Source: Gemmatimonadota bacterium | Lineage (GTDB): Bacteria > Gemmatimonadota > Gemmatimonadetes > Gemmatimonadales > GWC2-71-9 | DNA: 64,000 bases | Assembly: GCA_031400975.1 (NCBI GenBank) | Contig: JANNQX010000145.1 | Span: 7,754-71,753, forward strand | Reading direction: 5' to 3' | Part shown: positions 30,358 through 40,589 of the stretch, piece by piece | Layout: each line of letters opens with the position of its first letter | Position numbering within the stretch: the first letter of the stretch is position 1 | Made by a program: the position numbers and the translations under genes | The notes under the pieces: generated by a model | What the model was told of the DNA's origin: nothing | The model's input: the letters and a program-made list of their open reading frames with translations, nothing else | The model's database searches: none

Positions 30358-32387
30358 ACATCATCGCGCGGACCAGTCTCTGCCTCGGGCTCGCCACCGG
30401 GTTGTCGGCCCAAGACAAACGCCCGCTTGGGATCGACGACTTTCTCCGGCTCGGGATCGTCGGCGACCCTCAGGTTTCGCCGAACGGAGCGTTGGTGGCG
30501 TACACGGTTACCACCCCCTCGCTCCCTGACAACCGCAACGTCAGTCGGTTACGGGTCCTCGACCTGGTCGCGGGGACGAGTCGAGAGTTGACCAGCGGGC
30601 CGGGGTCCGATCGGGCCCCTCGGTGGGCCAAAGACGGCCAGACCATCGCGTTTCTATCGAACCGGAATGGTGCTTCCCAAGTCTGGCGGATTCGGATCGA
30701 CGGCGGCGAGCCGACCTCGATCACCTCGATCCCATCCGGGGTAAACGACTTTTGGTGGTCACCCGACACCACGACGATCTTCGTGAGTTCCGACGTGAAG
30801 TGGCCGGCCTCGAGCGAGCTCGACGTTCGGACCAAGGAGTTCCCGACCAGCGCTCGGCTGTTTTCCCAGCTGTTCTATCGCCACTGGAACGAATGGCGGG
30901 CCGGAATCCGGCAGCACCTGTTTCGGATCGACCTCGCCACCGGCGCGGCCACCGACCTGACCCCCATCGACCGCGACGTGCCGACCCTTGCGCTGGGCGG
31001 GCAAGATGTCGCAATCTCCCCGTTAGGCACCGAACTCGCGATTGTCTACAACCCCGACTCGGTCGTCGCGACCAGCACCAACAACGATCTCTTCGTCATT
31101 GGACCTGACGGCGCGGGCATGGTCCCCATGACCGAGGCTCGCGGGAACGACCACAGCCCGGTCTACTCGCCGAACGCACGGTGGATCGCCTATCTGTCCA
31201 TGGCAACCCCGGGATTCGAAGCCGACCGGCAACAGATCGTCCTCTACGACCGGGCCACCGGCGAGCGAAAGGCCGTGGCACCCGAGTGGGATCGCAGCGT
31301 CCAGAGCCTGGTTTGGGCCCCCGACTCACGATCGATGGTGGCCGTCGTCGAGGAGCGGGGCGGCCAGAATCTCTACCGGATCGGCGTTCCAACCGGGCAG
31401 CGAACCCTCCTGGTATCAGGCGGCACCAACGGCAATCCCCAGTTCACGCCCACCGGTGACGGGCTGGTGTTCCTTCGCCAGACCGCCATCCAGCCTCCGG
31501 AAATCTTCTTGATTCGGTGGGACGCGAAGCCGATGCGGCAGCTGACCCAGACCAATGCCGCGGCCCTCGCGGCCATCGATCAGCGGCCGCCCGTCCCGTT
31601 CGGCTTCGTCGGAGCTAAGAATGACAGCGTCTTCGGATTCCTGATCAAGCCCCCGGCGTTCGATTCCACCAAGCGATACCCGGTCGTCTACTTGATCCAT
31701 GGAGGCCCGCAGGGTGCCTGGCTCGATTCCTGGAGCCTGCGTTGGAACTACAGCCTCTTCGCGGCTCGCGGCTACGTCGTGGCGGCCGTGAATTTCCACG
31801 GCTCCACCGGATACGGGCAGGCCTTCACCAACAGCATCTCCCGGCACTGGGGCGACCTGCCCTACCAAGACTTGATGAAGGGACTCGACTATCTCGCCAC
31901 CCTTCCGTACGTCGACGCCAGTCGGATCGGCGCCGCAGGGGCCTCGTTCGGCGGCTATATGGTCTATTGGTTGGCGGGTCACACCGACAAGTTCAAAACC
32001 CTCGTCGCCCACGCCGGGATCTACAATACCGAGAGCATGGCGGGCACCACCGAGGAACAGTGGTTTCCCGCCTGGGAATTCGGGGGGTCGCTGGTGTCGC
32101 CCGAAACCCGGACGTTGCTCGCCCAATGGTCGCCCGCCAACTTTGTCTCTCAGTGGAAGACCCCGCTGTTGGTCATCCACAACCAGGAAGACTATCGGGT
32201 CGACATCTCGGAAGGCTATCAGGCGTTCACGGCCCTCCAGCTGAAGGGCGTCCCGTCGAAGTTCCTCTCCTTCCCCGACGAGGGCCATTTCGTCCTCAAA
32301 CCCCGTAACCGGCGGCTCTGGTGGGGAGTCGTGCTCGATTGGCTCGGCGACAGCCTGAAACCGGGCGCCGCTAAGACCAGTCCGTGA
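30354..32387 (+). CDS. S9 family serine peptidase with beta-propeller (third paralog type)
   Basis: 677 aa with a signal peptide, nucleophile GASFGGYM, and QEDYRVD / DEGHFV. ATGA overlap with mnmA. Confidence 0.85.
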   Translation: MNIIARTSLCLGLATGLSAQDKRPLGIDDFLRLGIVGDPQVSPNGALVAYTVTTPSLPDNRNVSRLRVLDLVAGTSRELTSGPGSDRAPRWAKDGQTIAFLSNRNGASQVWRIRIDGGEPTSITSIPSGVNDFWWSPDTTTIFVSSDVKWPASSELDVRTKEFPTSARLFSQLFYRHWNEWRAGIRQHLFRIDLATGAATDLTPIDRDVPTLALGGQDVAISPLGTELAIVYNPDSVVATSTNNDLFVIGPDGAGMVPMTEARGNDHSPVYSPNARWIAYLSMATPGFEADRQQIVLYDRATGERKAVAPEWDRSVQSLVWAPDSRSMVAVVEERGGQNLYRIGVPTGQRTLLVSGGTNGNPQFTPTGDGLVFLRQTAIQPPEIFLIRWDAKPMRQLTQTNAAALAAIDQRPPVPFGFVGAKNDSVFGFLIKPPAFDSTKRYPVVYLIHGGPQGAWLDSWSLRWNYSLFAARGYVVAAVNFHGSTGYGQAFTNSISRHWGDLPYQDLMKGLDYLATLPYVDASRIGAAGASFGGYMVYWLAGHTDKFKTLVAHAGIYNTESMAGTTEEQWFPAWEFGGSLVSPETRTLLAQWSPANFVSQWKTPLLVIHNQEDYRVDISEGYQAFTALQLKGVPSKFLSFPDEGHFVLKPRNRRLWWGVVLDWLGDSLKPGAAKTSP

Positions 32388-32434
32388 CCGGTTCGTTACC
32401 CGCCGATCATCGTTCGCACCGACATTTCGGCTCC

Positions 32435-34528
32435 ATGACGGCAATCGATCCCGGGACTATCACCGACCTACGGCACCCCGCGCTGTACATCAATCGCGAG
32501 CTGTCGTGGCTCGAATTCAATCGCCGAGTGCTGAACGAGGCCCTCGACTCCCGAACACCACTGCTCGAACGGGTCAAGTTCCTGGCGATCTTCTCGTCGA
32601 ATCTCGACGAGTTTTTTCAAGTGCGGGTGGCCGGGCTCCGGAAACAGGTCGTGGCGCGATACCACGAACCGACCTCCGATGGTCTGACGGCCGAGGAACA
32701 GTTAGCCGCCATCTCCACGGCCGTTCGCGAACTCCAACGAGTTCAAGACAACTGCTTGGCCCGCGAGGTGTTGCCGGCGCTCGCGGCCGCCGGACCGGAA
32801 CTCGTCACCGACTGGCACCATCTCACCGCGGGCGAACGCGCCTCCCTCGAGCGGTACTTCACCGATCAAGTCTTTCCGGTGCTGACCCCGCTGGCCGTGG
32901 ATCCGGCTCATCCGTTTCCGTACATCTCGAACTTGAGCCTGTCCCTGGCGGTGATCCTTCGGGGCCCCGGCGGCGACGAACGATTCGCTCGCGTCAAAGT
33001 CCCCAAGATCCTACCACGGTGGGTTCCTGTGGCCGGCGTGAACCGATTCGTGCCGCTCGAGCTGGTGATCGCCAGCCACCTCGAATCGCTCTTCCCCGGC
33101 ATCGAGATCTTGGGCGCGTACCCGTTCCGGATCAGCCGCAACACTGATCTCGAAATCGACCCCGATGAAGCCGACGACCTCCTCTCCTTGATTCAGGAGG
33201 AGGTCCGGAACCGGCGGTTTGCCGAGGTCGTCCGAATCGAGGTCCACTCCTCGACGCCGGAAACCCTCCGCAACCTATTGCTAGCCGAAATCAACGCAGA
33301 CCAAGACGGGTTGGCGTTAGGTAATGACGACGTCTACGAAGTCGCCGGGCTGCTCGACGCCGGCGACCTGTTGTCGCTCGCCGGCCTCGAGGTCCCCGAG
33401 CTCCGGGATCCTCCCTTCACCCCGGCCATCCCCGCCCGGCTCGCCTCCGGCCGGAACCTGTTCGACGAAATCCGGGAAGGCGACATCTTCCTTCACCACC
33501 CGTACGAGAGTTTCTCGGCGTCGGTCGAGCGGTTTCTTCAAGTCGCCACCGAAGATCCCGACGTGTTGGCCATCAAGATGACCCTCTACCGAACCGGCGG
33601 CGAGTCGCACATCGCCCGGATGTTGGCCACGGCAGCCGAACGGGGGAAACAGGTGGCCGTTCTCATCGAACTCCAAGCCCGATTCGACGAGGAGAACAAC
33701 ATTCGGTGGGCCCAGCGTTTCGAAGACGTCGGCGTCCACGTCAGCTACGGAGTAAGCGGACTCAAGACCCACGCCAAGGTCCTCTTGGTCGTTCGCCGCG
33801 AGGGCGACATGATCCGTCGGTATGTCCACATCGGAACCGGTAACTACCAGCCCAAGACGGCGCGGCTCTACACGGATTTCGGGCTGTTTACCTGCGATCC
33901 GGATCTTGGCGCCGATCTGTCCGACCTGTTCAACGTCTTGACCGGCTTCGCCGCGCCGGCCGGGTACCGCAAGCTGCTCGTGGCCCCGTCCGGGATGCTC
34001 CCCGAGCTACTCCGGCTGATCCGCCGGGAAGCCGACCATGCCAGGGCCGGACGCCAAGCGCGGGTTCTGGCCAAGATGAATGCGATTACCCATCCGGAGG
34101 TCATGCTGGCCCTCTACGAGGCGTCACGCGCCGGGGTGGCCATCGACTTGATCGTACGGGGTATCTGTTGCCTCAGGCCCCAGGTCCCAGGGGTCAGCGA
34201 CCACATCAGAGTCATCAGCATCGTCGGACGATTCTTGGAGCACTCCCGAGCTTGGTACTTCGGCAATGCCGGCGCGCCGGATGTGTTCATCACCTCGGCC
34301 GACTGGATGCCCCGAAACCTCGACCGACGAATCGAGTCCGCCGTCCCCCTCGGCACCGCGGCCCATCGAGAGATGGTTCGCGACATCCTCGACCAAATGT
34401 GGCTCGACAACCGCCAGGCATGGCAGCTGGCGGCCGATGGGTCGTGGTCTCAGCGAACCGCCGGGGCGATGCCCGAGGTCGCCACCCACCGGGCGTCGAT
34501 CGAACGATACCGGCCCGAACACCGCTGA
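32435..34528 (+). CDS. ppk: polyphosphate kinase 1
   Basis: YINRELSWLEFNRRVLNEA N-terminus, and HAKVLLVVRRE / HSRAWYF PLD-like HKD motifs. A GTG at 32384 (GTGA overlap with the peptidase stop) is an alternative start. Confidence 0.9.
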   Translation: MTAIDPGTITDLRHPALYINRELSWLEFNRRVLNEALDSRTPLLERVKFLAIFSSNLDEFFQVRVAGLRKQVVARYHEPTSDGLTAEEQLAAISTAVRELQRVQDNCLAREVLPALAAAGPELVTDWHHLTAGERASLERYFTDQVFPVLTPLAVDPAHPFPYISNLSLSLAVILRGPGGDERFARVKVPKILPRWVPVAGVNRFVPLELVIASHLESLFPGIEILGAYPFRISRNTDLEIDPDEADDLLSLIQEEVRNRRFAEVVRIEVHSSTPETLRNLLLAEINADQDGLALGNDDVYEVAGLLDAGDLLSLAGLEVPELRDPPFTPAIPARLASGRNLFDEIREGDIFLHHPYESFSASVERFLQVATEDPDVLAIKMTLYRTGGESHIARMLATAAERGKQVAVLIELQARFDEENNIRWAQRFEDVGVHVSYGVSGLKTHAKVLLVVRREGDMIRRYVHIGTGNYQPKTARLYTDFGLFTCDPDLGADLSDLFNVLTGFAAPAGYRKLLVAPSGMLPELLRLIRREADHARAGRQARVLAKMNAITHPEVMLALYEASRAGVAIDLIVRGICCLRPQVPGVSDHIRVISIVGRFLEHSRAWYFGNAGAPDVFITSADWMPRNLDRRIESAVPLGTAAHREMVRDILDQMWLDNRQAWQLAADGSWSQRTAGAMPEVATHRASIERYRPEHR

Positions 34529-34536
34529 GACTTAAG

Positions 34537-35658
34537 CTAGTAGGCGAGCCCGGCCTGATCGGCAAACTGCTTGAAGAGCTCCTGTTGTTCGGGCGTGAGA
34601 TGTTCGGGCATGGTCACCGCGATCTCGACGAGCTGGTCGCCCGCCCGTTCCCCCTTGACGACCCCCATGCCCTTGACCCGAAACTTCTTACCCGCCGAGG
34701 TGCCCGGCGGGATCGTCAACACGACTTTCTTCCCGTCCACGGTCCGGACTTTGATCTTGGTGCCTAACACAGCCTGCGCCAACGTGATCGGGACTTCGCA
34801 CTCGAGATCGAGCCCCGCACGGGTAAAGAACCGGTCTGGCTGGACATTGAACGTTACCAAGAGATCACCGGCCGGCCCTCCGCCCGAGGCCGATTCGCCC
34901 TGCCCCTTGATTCGGATTTTCGTGCCACTGTCCACACCCGAAGGCACGGTGACCATCACGGTCTTCTCCGATCGGACCTCGCCTCCGCCGCCACACGTCC
35001 CGCATTTCTGCGACGGAATCTTCCCCCGCCCCCGGCATTGAGGGCAGGGCCGATTCACCGCGAACCCGCCCTGTCCGAACGAAATCGTGCCCCGGCCTTT
35101 GCACTCGGGACACGTCGAGACCGTGGCGCCCGGCGCCGCGCCGCTTCCGACACAGGCTGGACAGGCCCCGTTGATCGCCAGGGCGACCGGGATCTTCCCG
35201 CCAAGGACCGCCGTCCGAAAGGGAATCTCGAGCGTCACCTCGACCGGCTCGCCCCGAGGCGGCTGATCTTTCCGGCCGCCCCCCTTCCCAAAGATCGAGG
35301 AAAAGATGTCGCCGAGGCCCATCGATCCAAAATCGCCAAAGTCGAAGACCTCTGACGGCCCTCCCTGCTGCGGGCTGCCGGCGCCCCCAGGACGGGACCC
35401 CGCCCCCGGACGACCGCCCCGACCCCCCAGGTCGAAGGCACCGAGCCGCCGCATTTGGTCGTACTTCTTCCGGCGGTCTGGGTCCGAGAGGACGCCGTGC
35501 GCCTCGGCGATCTGCTTGAACTGATCGGCCGCCTTCGGATTGTTGGGGTTGGCGTCGGGGTGGAATTGCTTGGCGAGCTTCCGATACGCCTTCTTGATCT
35601 CGTCGGGGGTGGCACTATCCGGCACCCCCAGCAACTGGTAGAAGTCCTTGGTCGCCAC
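34537..35658 (-). CDS. dnaJ: molecular chaperone DnaJ
   Basis: J-domain DFYQLLGVPDSATPDEIKKAYRKLAKQFHPD, a G-rich linker and four CxxCxGxG zinc motifs. Confidence 0.95.
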   Translation of the reverse strand: MATKDFYQLLGVPDSATPDEIKKAYRKLAKQFHPDANPNNPKAADQFKQIAEAHGVLSDPDRRKKYDQMRRLGAFDLGGRGGRPGAGSRPGGAGSPQQGGPSEVFDFGDFGSMGLGDIFSSIFGKGGGRKDQPPRGEPVEVTLEIPFRTAVLGGKIPVALAINGACPACVGSGAAPGATVSTCPECKGRGTISFGQGGFAVNRPCPQCRGRGKIPSQKCGTCGGGGEVRSEKTVMVTVPSGVDSGTKIRIKGQGESASGGGPAGDLLVTFNVQPDRFFTRAGLDLECEVPITLAQAVLGTKIKVRTVDGKKVVLTIPPGTSAGKKFRVKGMGVVKGERAGDQLVEIAVTMPEHLTPEQQELFKQFADQAGLAY

Positions 35659-35659
35659 G

Positions 35660-36205
35660 TTAGGCGTGACCTTCGGCGGAGTACACTTGGACCCTCGCCG
35701 GCCGGACCAGAGCGCCCTTGAAGCGATAACCGACCTGAAATGTGGCCGCGACCAAATGATCCTGCTCCGGAGACGGGGGTGGCAGCGCCGCCACCGCCTC
35801 GGCCACAGCCGGATCGAACTTGAGCCCCACCGGGTCGACCCGCTCTAAGCCGGCGCCTTCGAGCTCCTTTCGGAGCTTCTTGTCGACCATTTCGACGCCC
35901 TGGCGAATGATCGGGGCCGGCCCCGTCAAGTCCGATGCCACCAGCCGATCGAGATCATCGAGCACGTCGAGCAACTTGATGACGAAGCCCGCTTGGGCCC
36001 GATCGGCGAGCTCGATCCGTTCCCGGGCAACCCGCTTCCGGAAATTATCGAAATCGGCCGCCAGCCGAAGGTACCGATCGTTCGATTCGGCTAGCTGATC
36101 TGCCAGCCGGTGGATCGCTCCTTCGGGCAGCTCGGCCGGCAGCGGGGTACCGGTCTCCTCGACCACAGGAGAGTCTTCTTCAAATCGATGGGCGTCAGTC
36201 ACTTG
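35660..36205 (-). CDS. grpE: nucleotide exchange factor GrpE
   Basis: YLRLAADFDNFRKRVARE and C-terminal GYRFKGALVRPARV. GTG start at 36205 chosen; the start is approximate. Confidence 0.85.
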   Translation of the reverse strand, partial: QVTDAHRFEEDSPVVEETGTPLPAELPEGAIHRLADQLAESNDRYLRLAADFDNFRKRVARERIELADRAQAGFVIKLLDVLDDLDRLVASDLTGPAPIIRQGVEMVDKKLRKELEGAGLERVDPVGLKFDPAVAEAVAALPPPSPEQDHLVAATFQVGYRFKGALVRPARVQVYSAEGHA

Positions 36206-36266
36206 GCCTTTACGTTGGTTTCCAGCAGTGGGTCGTCGGTCCGGGTGGTTCCTGAGAATAGCGCCC

Positions 36267-37547
36267 CTACGGCAAAGGACAGTCGCGGTTTCCCAAGACC
36301 GGAAAGGTCTCAAGAACGGCCGCTCGCCGCCAGAGGCCGTGGAGGGCAAACTGGGTCGCCCGGCCCCGGATATCGGCCCGGGTTCCCGGAAAGCCTACCC
36401 GCTGAGTATCGACCTGGCCCCGGATCGAAAACCCGAACCAGACCGTCCCAACCGGCTTTGCATCGGAGCCGCCCCCCGGGCCGGCCACCCCGGTCACCGC
36501 CACAGCCAGGTCGGCCCCGGTCCGCTCCGCCACCCCAGCGGCCATGGCCCCGGCGACCGCCGCACTCACGGCCCCCTCCCGCTCCAAAATCGCTCGATCG
36601 ACCCCGAGAAGATCCAGCTTCAGGCCGTTGGCGTAGCTGATGACGCCCCCCAAGAACCCGTCCGAGCTCCCCGGAATGCTGGTGAGCCGCTCACCGATCA
36701 TCCCGCCGGTGCAGGACTCCGCCACAGCCATCGTTACCCGTTTTTCGCGGAGCCGGTCAAGCAACACGGCGGCCAGGTCATCCTGACCGGTCCCGTAGCC
36801 GTGATCCTGGACGACGGCCTGAATCGCGGCCCCGGTCCGGTCGAGCAGCGGCCTCGCCTCGGCTGGGGTCATATCCCAGGCGGTCAATCGGAGGTCGACT
36901 CCCTCAAGGCCGGGCAAATAGGCCAAGGTGAGCGGCGCCACACCATCTTCAACCGCCGCGAGGCGCTCAGCCAATGTCGATTCTGGAATCCCGGTGGTCC
37001 GGATCACCAACGAGGTAATCGCCCGCCCACCCGATCGTTCGGCCAGCCGCGGGATCACTTCTTCAACCAGCAAGCCCTTCATTTCCGAGGGGACTCCCGG
37101 CAACATCACGACCTCACCAGGCCCGCCAGCGAGCCAGAGGCCCGGCGCGGTGCCTCGCCGATTCTTGAGGACGGTAGCGCCCCGCGGGACCTCCGCCTGA
37201 CACCGGTTGGTCTCGGAGATCGTTCGGCCGAACGTGGCCCATTTCGCGACCAGCTGATCCCAGATCCAATCCTGGAATTCGAGCGGTGCCCCAAATAGCT
37301 CCGCGACGACCTTCTTGGTCATGTCGTCCCGGGTCGGGCCAAGCCCGCCGGTCGTGATGACGAATCGGGACCGGGCGAGGGCTTCTCGGACCGCGTCGCG
37401 AATCTCCGCCGGCGTATCACGGACGGAGGTCCGCCGGGCGATCCGAATCCCGGCCTCGCCTAACGTTCGTCCGATGAACGCGCTGTTGGTGTCGACGGTG
37501 AAGCCAAGGAGCAACTCCGTCCCGATCGTGACCAGTTCAATATCCAT
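36267..37547 (-). CDS. cinA: CinA family protein (MoCF-biosynthesis-like N-domain + nicotinamide-nucleotide amidohydrolase PncC C-domain)
   Basis: MDIELVTIGTELLLGFTVDTNSAFIGRTL ... AVAESCTGGMIGERLT. Confidence 0.85.
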   Translation of the reverse strand: MDIELVTIGTELLLGFTVDTNSAFIGRTLGEAGIRIARRTSVRDTPAEIRDAVREALARSRFVITTGGLGPTRDDMTKKVVAELFGAPLEFQDWIWDQLVAKWATFGRTISETNRCQAEVPRGATVLKNRRGTAPGLWLAGGPGEVVMLPGVPSEMKGLLVEEVIPRLAERSGGRAITSLVIRTTGIPESTLAERLAAVEDGVAPLTLAYLPGLEGVDLRLTAWDMTPAEARPLLDRTGAAIQAVVQDHGYGTGQDDLAAVLLDRLREKRVTMAVAESCTGGMIGERLTSIPGSSDGFLGGVISYANGLKLDLLGVDRAILEREGAVSAAVAGAMAAGVAERTGADLAVAVTGVAGPGGGSDAKPVGTVWFGFSIRGQVDTQRVGFPGTRADIRGRATQFALHGLWRRAAVLETFPVLGNRDCPLP

Positions 37548-37573
37548 TCGGGGTCGAGTGGGCCGAGGCCCGG

Positions 37574-38199
37574 CTATCTGAGAAGTTGCCGATACCGATA
37601 GAGGTAGATCACGAAGGAATACACCGTCAATACCGTGGCGATCGCGAGGCTGACCGACACGAAGGCGCCGTGGAAGCCCTTCCAGAATTGCCAGAACGCA
37701 CTCTTGTGCAGCCCGAGCGGGTGCCACGCGTCGCGAAAGGCAAACCAGAGGATCGTGCCGCCGACGAAGATGTTCTGCATGGCGGCCTTGAGCTTGCCCG
37801 GGCCGTGCGCCGCGATCACGACGCCTCGCCGGGCCGCCCACCATCGGAAGACCGTCATCAGTAGTTGCGGCCTAGCATGACCACGCAGACCCAGAGCGGA
37901 ATACTCCTCCAGACCGGAATGTCGTAGAGGTCGTTGCGGGTTTGGGCGATGACATAGATCGGGACGATGGTGGCGAGCAGCAGCAACTTGTCCGCCAGGG
38001 GATCAAGGGTCTTCCCCAAATCCGTGATCTCGTTTCGGGACCGGGCCAGGCGGCCGTCGATCACGTCGGTGACCGCGGCCGTTACGAAGACCACAAACAG
38101 CAACAATTTCGGCCAATACCCCGCCATGAAGGGCAGATAGGCGATCACCGGCGTGATCGCGATCCGGCCCATCGTGATCATATTCGGCAGGTTCCACAT
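37574..38199 (-). pseudogene. pgsA: CDP-diacylglycerol--glycerol-3-phosphate 3-phosphatidyltransferase (PgsA) interrupted by a 1-nt frameshift at 37858-37860
   Basis: ORF 37858..38199 carries D-G-x2-A-R-x8-G-x3-D-x3-D (DVIDGRLARSRNEITDLGKTLDPLAD) and ends ...VVMLGRNY*. ORF 37574..37858 (MTVFRWWAARRGVVIAAHGPGKLKAAMQ...) is the collinear C-terminal half in the -1 frame. The junction reads AAC TAC TGA TGA. Confidence 0.75.
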
Positions 38200-38215
38200 G
38201 GCGATAGACCAGAAC

Positions 38216-38890
38216 CTAGCCGAGGGTCTTGAGAACAAGTTTACTGATCGAGCGAAGAGTATCGAATACCCCGTCGCCCTTGACCGCCATCGCCTCAAAA
38301 TAGGGTGCCCGTTCCACCCAGGCCCCGTCCACCTGCTCGACCAGCAGGTCCCCGGGTCGGTCCGGGTTGGCCAGGGGTTTCTGTTTCACGGGATCCTCGA
38401 CCGGCCACCCCGGGTTCAGATTTTCCTGGAGTTCGTCGAGCGGGGCGGCGTTCGGGAGGTCCCGCTTGTTGTACTGGATCGCGAATGGAATCTTGGTCAG
38501 GTCGTAACCATGCTGGAGCAAGTTGTCGTACAGATTCTGCATCGATTCGACGTTCGCTTCCATCCGCTCGACTTGACTGTCGGCGACGAACACCACGCCG
38601 TCAACTCCCTTGAGAATCAGCTTCCTCGAGGCGTTGTAGTACACCTGACCGGGAACCGTGTAGAGATGAAATCGCGTCTTGAAACCGCGAATGGTCCCGA
38701 GGTCGACCGGAAGGAAGTCGAAGAAAAGCGTTCGCTCGGTTTCGGTCGCGAGGGAAATCATCTTTCCCTTCGACGACGGCGAGACTTTTTCGTAGATGTA
38801 TTCCAAGTTGGTCGTCTTGCCCCCAAGACCAGGCCCATAGAAGACCAACTTGCAGTTGATTTCTCGCGACGCGTAGTTAATGAGAGACAT
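38216..38890 (-). CDS. mglA: Ras-like small GTPase MglA
   Basis: [33 protein letters not shown]...[11 protein letters not shown]...[42 protein letters not shown]...NKRDLP is near-identical in its motifs to Myxococcus MglA (recalled from memory). Confidence 0.9.
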   Translation of the reverse strand: MSLINYASREINCKLVFYGPGLGGKTTNLEYIYEKVSPSSKGKMISLATETERTLFFDFLPVDLGTIRGFKTRFHLYTVPGQVYYNASRKLILKGVDGVVFVADSQVERMEANVESMQNLYDNLLQHGYDLTKIPFAIQYNKRDLPNAAPLDELQENLNPGWPVEDPVKQKPLANPDRPGDLLVEQVDGAWVERAPYFEAMAVKGDGVFDTLRSISKLVLKTLG

Positions 38891-38898
38891 CGGCTGCC

Positions 38899-39426
38899 TT
38901 ACGACCCGAAGAGTTTGTCGATCTCGTCTTCCGCCTCGCCGAGGAATGCAGCCTCGACTTTGGGCGGAGCTTGATCTTGCCGCGCGAACATGTCGGTGAA
39001 CAACGCCGTCAGTCGGTCGACGACGGACCGCACCCGCAACTTCACCAGCCCCAGCGTCGTCCGATTGTCGAACAGCACCACCAAAATGACCCGGCGCGCC
39101 ACATCCGCTAGATAGAGCGACTCTTTCTCGCCCTGATGAAACAAGGCCCCGAACTCCGGCTCACCCAGCATTTTGGCCAGTTGATCGTTGGCGCTGAAGT
39201 CAGCCGCCGTCAGCGACGCGAATGCCACCGGGTCGAAGGTCGGGGTCTCGCCTGCGGTGGCCAACATCTGGCCGGTCCGATCGACGAGCAGCGCCGTCCG
39301 GGCATTGGCTTCCGCCAACAAGTGCTCAAGCACGGCGTGAATTTTCGCCGCGTCCTCCTCCCGAAACGACCAACTCGAAGCTCGCGTCACCAGCCAGGCA
39401 GTCCCCTCTTCGTCATCCGAGTTCAA
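38899..39426 (-). CDS. mglB: Roadblock/LC7 domain protein, MglB-like GTPase-activating partner
   Basis: 175 aa immediately upstream of mglA. Roadblock-like core ([15 protein letters not shown]...[18 protein letters not shown]) and an acidic C-terminal tail. Confidence 0.8.
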   Translation of the reverse strand: MNSDDEEGTAWLVTRASSWSFREEDAAKIHAVLEHLLAEANARTALLVDRTGQMLATAGETPTFDPVAFASLTAADFSANDQLAKMLGEPEFGALFHQGEKESLYLADVARRVILVVLFDNRTTLGLVKLRVRSVVDRLTALFTDMFARQDQAPPKVEAAFLGEAEDEIDKLFGS

Positions 39427-39685
39427 GCTCCAACCGGCGGACTAACCGCACCGCCCGCCGCCGAAGCGGGGCCACTGCCTCCCACAAGATGTAATCCCGC
39501 AACAACCAAACCGTTTCCGGCCGAGCCCGGCCGGCCAGGTAGCTCAATGCCGCGAGCCGGTGGAAGGGGTTCGGGCTAAAGAGCGCGGTCTTCTGCCCCT
39601 CCACATGGCGCAGGGCCAACTGCCAGCCGGCCAGGGCCCCGGCCACCGCGGCCACCGAAACGAGGAGGACCCGGTTAGCCTTCAC
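39413..39685 (-). CDS. small hypothetical membrane protein
   Basis: 90 aa with an N-terminal TM (LLVSVAAVAGALAGW). Its GTG overlaps the recR stop (GTGA) and its own 3' end overlaps the mglB start, i.e. it is translationally chained. Confidence 0.45.
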   Translation of the reverse strand: MKANRVLLVSVAAVAGALAGWQLALRHVEGQKTALFSPNPFHRLAALSYLAGRARPETVWLLRDYILWEAVAPLRRRAVRLVRRLELELG

Positions 39686-40272
39686 GACACCTCCTGCCGC
39701 GCGTCCATCGCATGGCTCAGAGTCATGCCGTCGATGTATTCGAGGTCTCCACCCATCGGCAAACCGCGGGCCAGCCGACTGACCCGGACCCCACTGCCAG
39801 CCAGAAGCTGTTGGATAAATGTAGCGGTGGCTTCACCTTCGAGCGACGGGTTGGTCGCCATGATCACCTCCCGGATTTCCCCGCCCGCCATTCGCCGCTT
39901 CAGGAGGCCAATCCGGAGCTGATCTGGACCGACGCCCTCGAGCGGGGACAGGTGCCCGCCAAGGACCAGATAACGCCCCCGATAGCCGGTCGACCGCTCC
40001 ACTAACGCCACCGTCGATGGCTCCTCCACCACGCAGAGCATCCCGGTGTCCCGCCGGGAATCGGCGCAGATCGGACACCGATCACCCTCGCAGTAATTGC
40101 CGCAGTCAGGGCAGGCGGCCACCCGCTCGGCCACGCCGTGCAACGCCGCCGCCAGCCGGCTGATTCGTTCCCGGGGCTGGTGAAGGAGATGGTAGGTCAA
40201 CCGCTCAGCCGTCTTCCGCCCGATTCCGGGGAGTTTGGCGAGTTCGGCCACCAGGTCGTCGATCGCCGCCAC
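39682..40272 (-). CDS. recR: recombination protein RecR
   Basis: HhH LAKLPGIGRKTAERL, a C4 zinc finger (CPDCGNYCEGDRCPIC) and a Toprim domain. Confidence 0.95.
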   Translation of the reverse strand: MAAIDDLVAELAKLPGIGRKTAERLTYHLLHQPRERISRLAAALHGVAERVAACPDCGNYCEGDRCPICADSRRDTGMLCVVEEPSTVALVERSTGYRGRYLVLGGHLSPLEGVGPDQLRIGLLKRRMAGGEIREVIMATNPSLEGEATATFIQQLLAGSGVRVSRLARGLPMGGDLEYIDGMTLSHAMDARQEVS

Positions 40273-40276
40273 CGCG

Positions 40277-40585
40277 CTACAATCCCGGCAACGGCGGGAG
40301 CCCCGGCAGCGACTTCATCTCCGTCCGGGCCAGCTCGGCGGCGCGGCGCTGGACCTCGGCCACGGCCGAGAGAACCAGGTCCGAAAGGAACTCAGCGTCG
40401 CGGCCCTCGAACACCGCCGGATCGATCGTCACGCCTCGCACTAGGCCGCGGCCGTCGGAGCGGACCCTGACCAGACCCCCTCCGGCACTCGCTTCCACCA
40501 TTCGATCGGCCAGGTCCGCCTGGAGTTGCTGGAGGCGGCCCTGCATCTGTTGGCTCAGCTGAAGGAGCTGCTGAAGGTCGGCCAT
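40277..40585 (-). CDS. ybaB: YbaB/EbfC family nucleoid-associated protein
   Basis: 102 aa in the conserved position between dnaX and recR, with family pattern QQMQGRLQQLQADL...EASAGGGLVRV...G.V..V.IDP. Confidence 0.9.
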   Translation of the reverse strand: MADLQQLLQLSQQMQGRLQQLQADLADRMVEASAGGGLVRVRSDGRGLVRGVTIDPAVFEGRDAEFLSDLVLSAVAEVQRRAAELARTEMKSLPGLPPLPGL

Positions 40586-40589
40586 TGGC

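Noticed and set aside
35659-36266. Expected CIRCE/HrcA operator near grpE-dnaJ
   Set aside because: No TTAGCACTC-N9-GAGTGCTAA-like inverted repeat was found upstream of grpE or cinA, and no hrcA gene is present.
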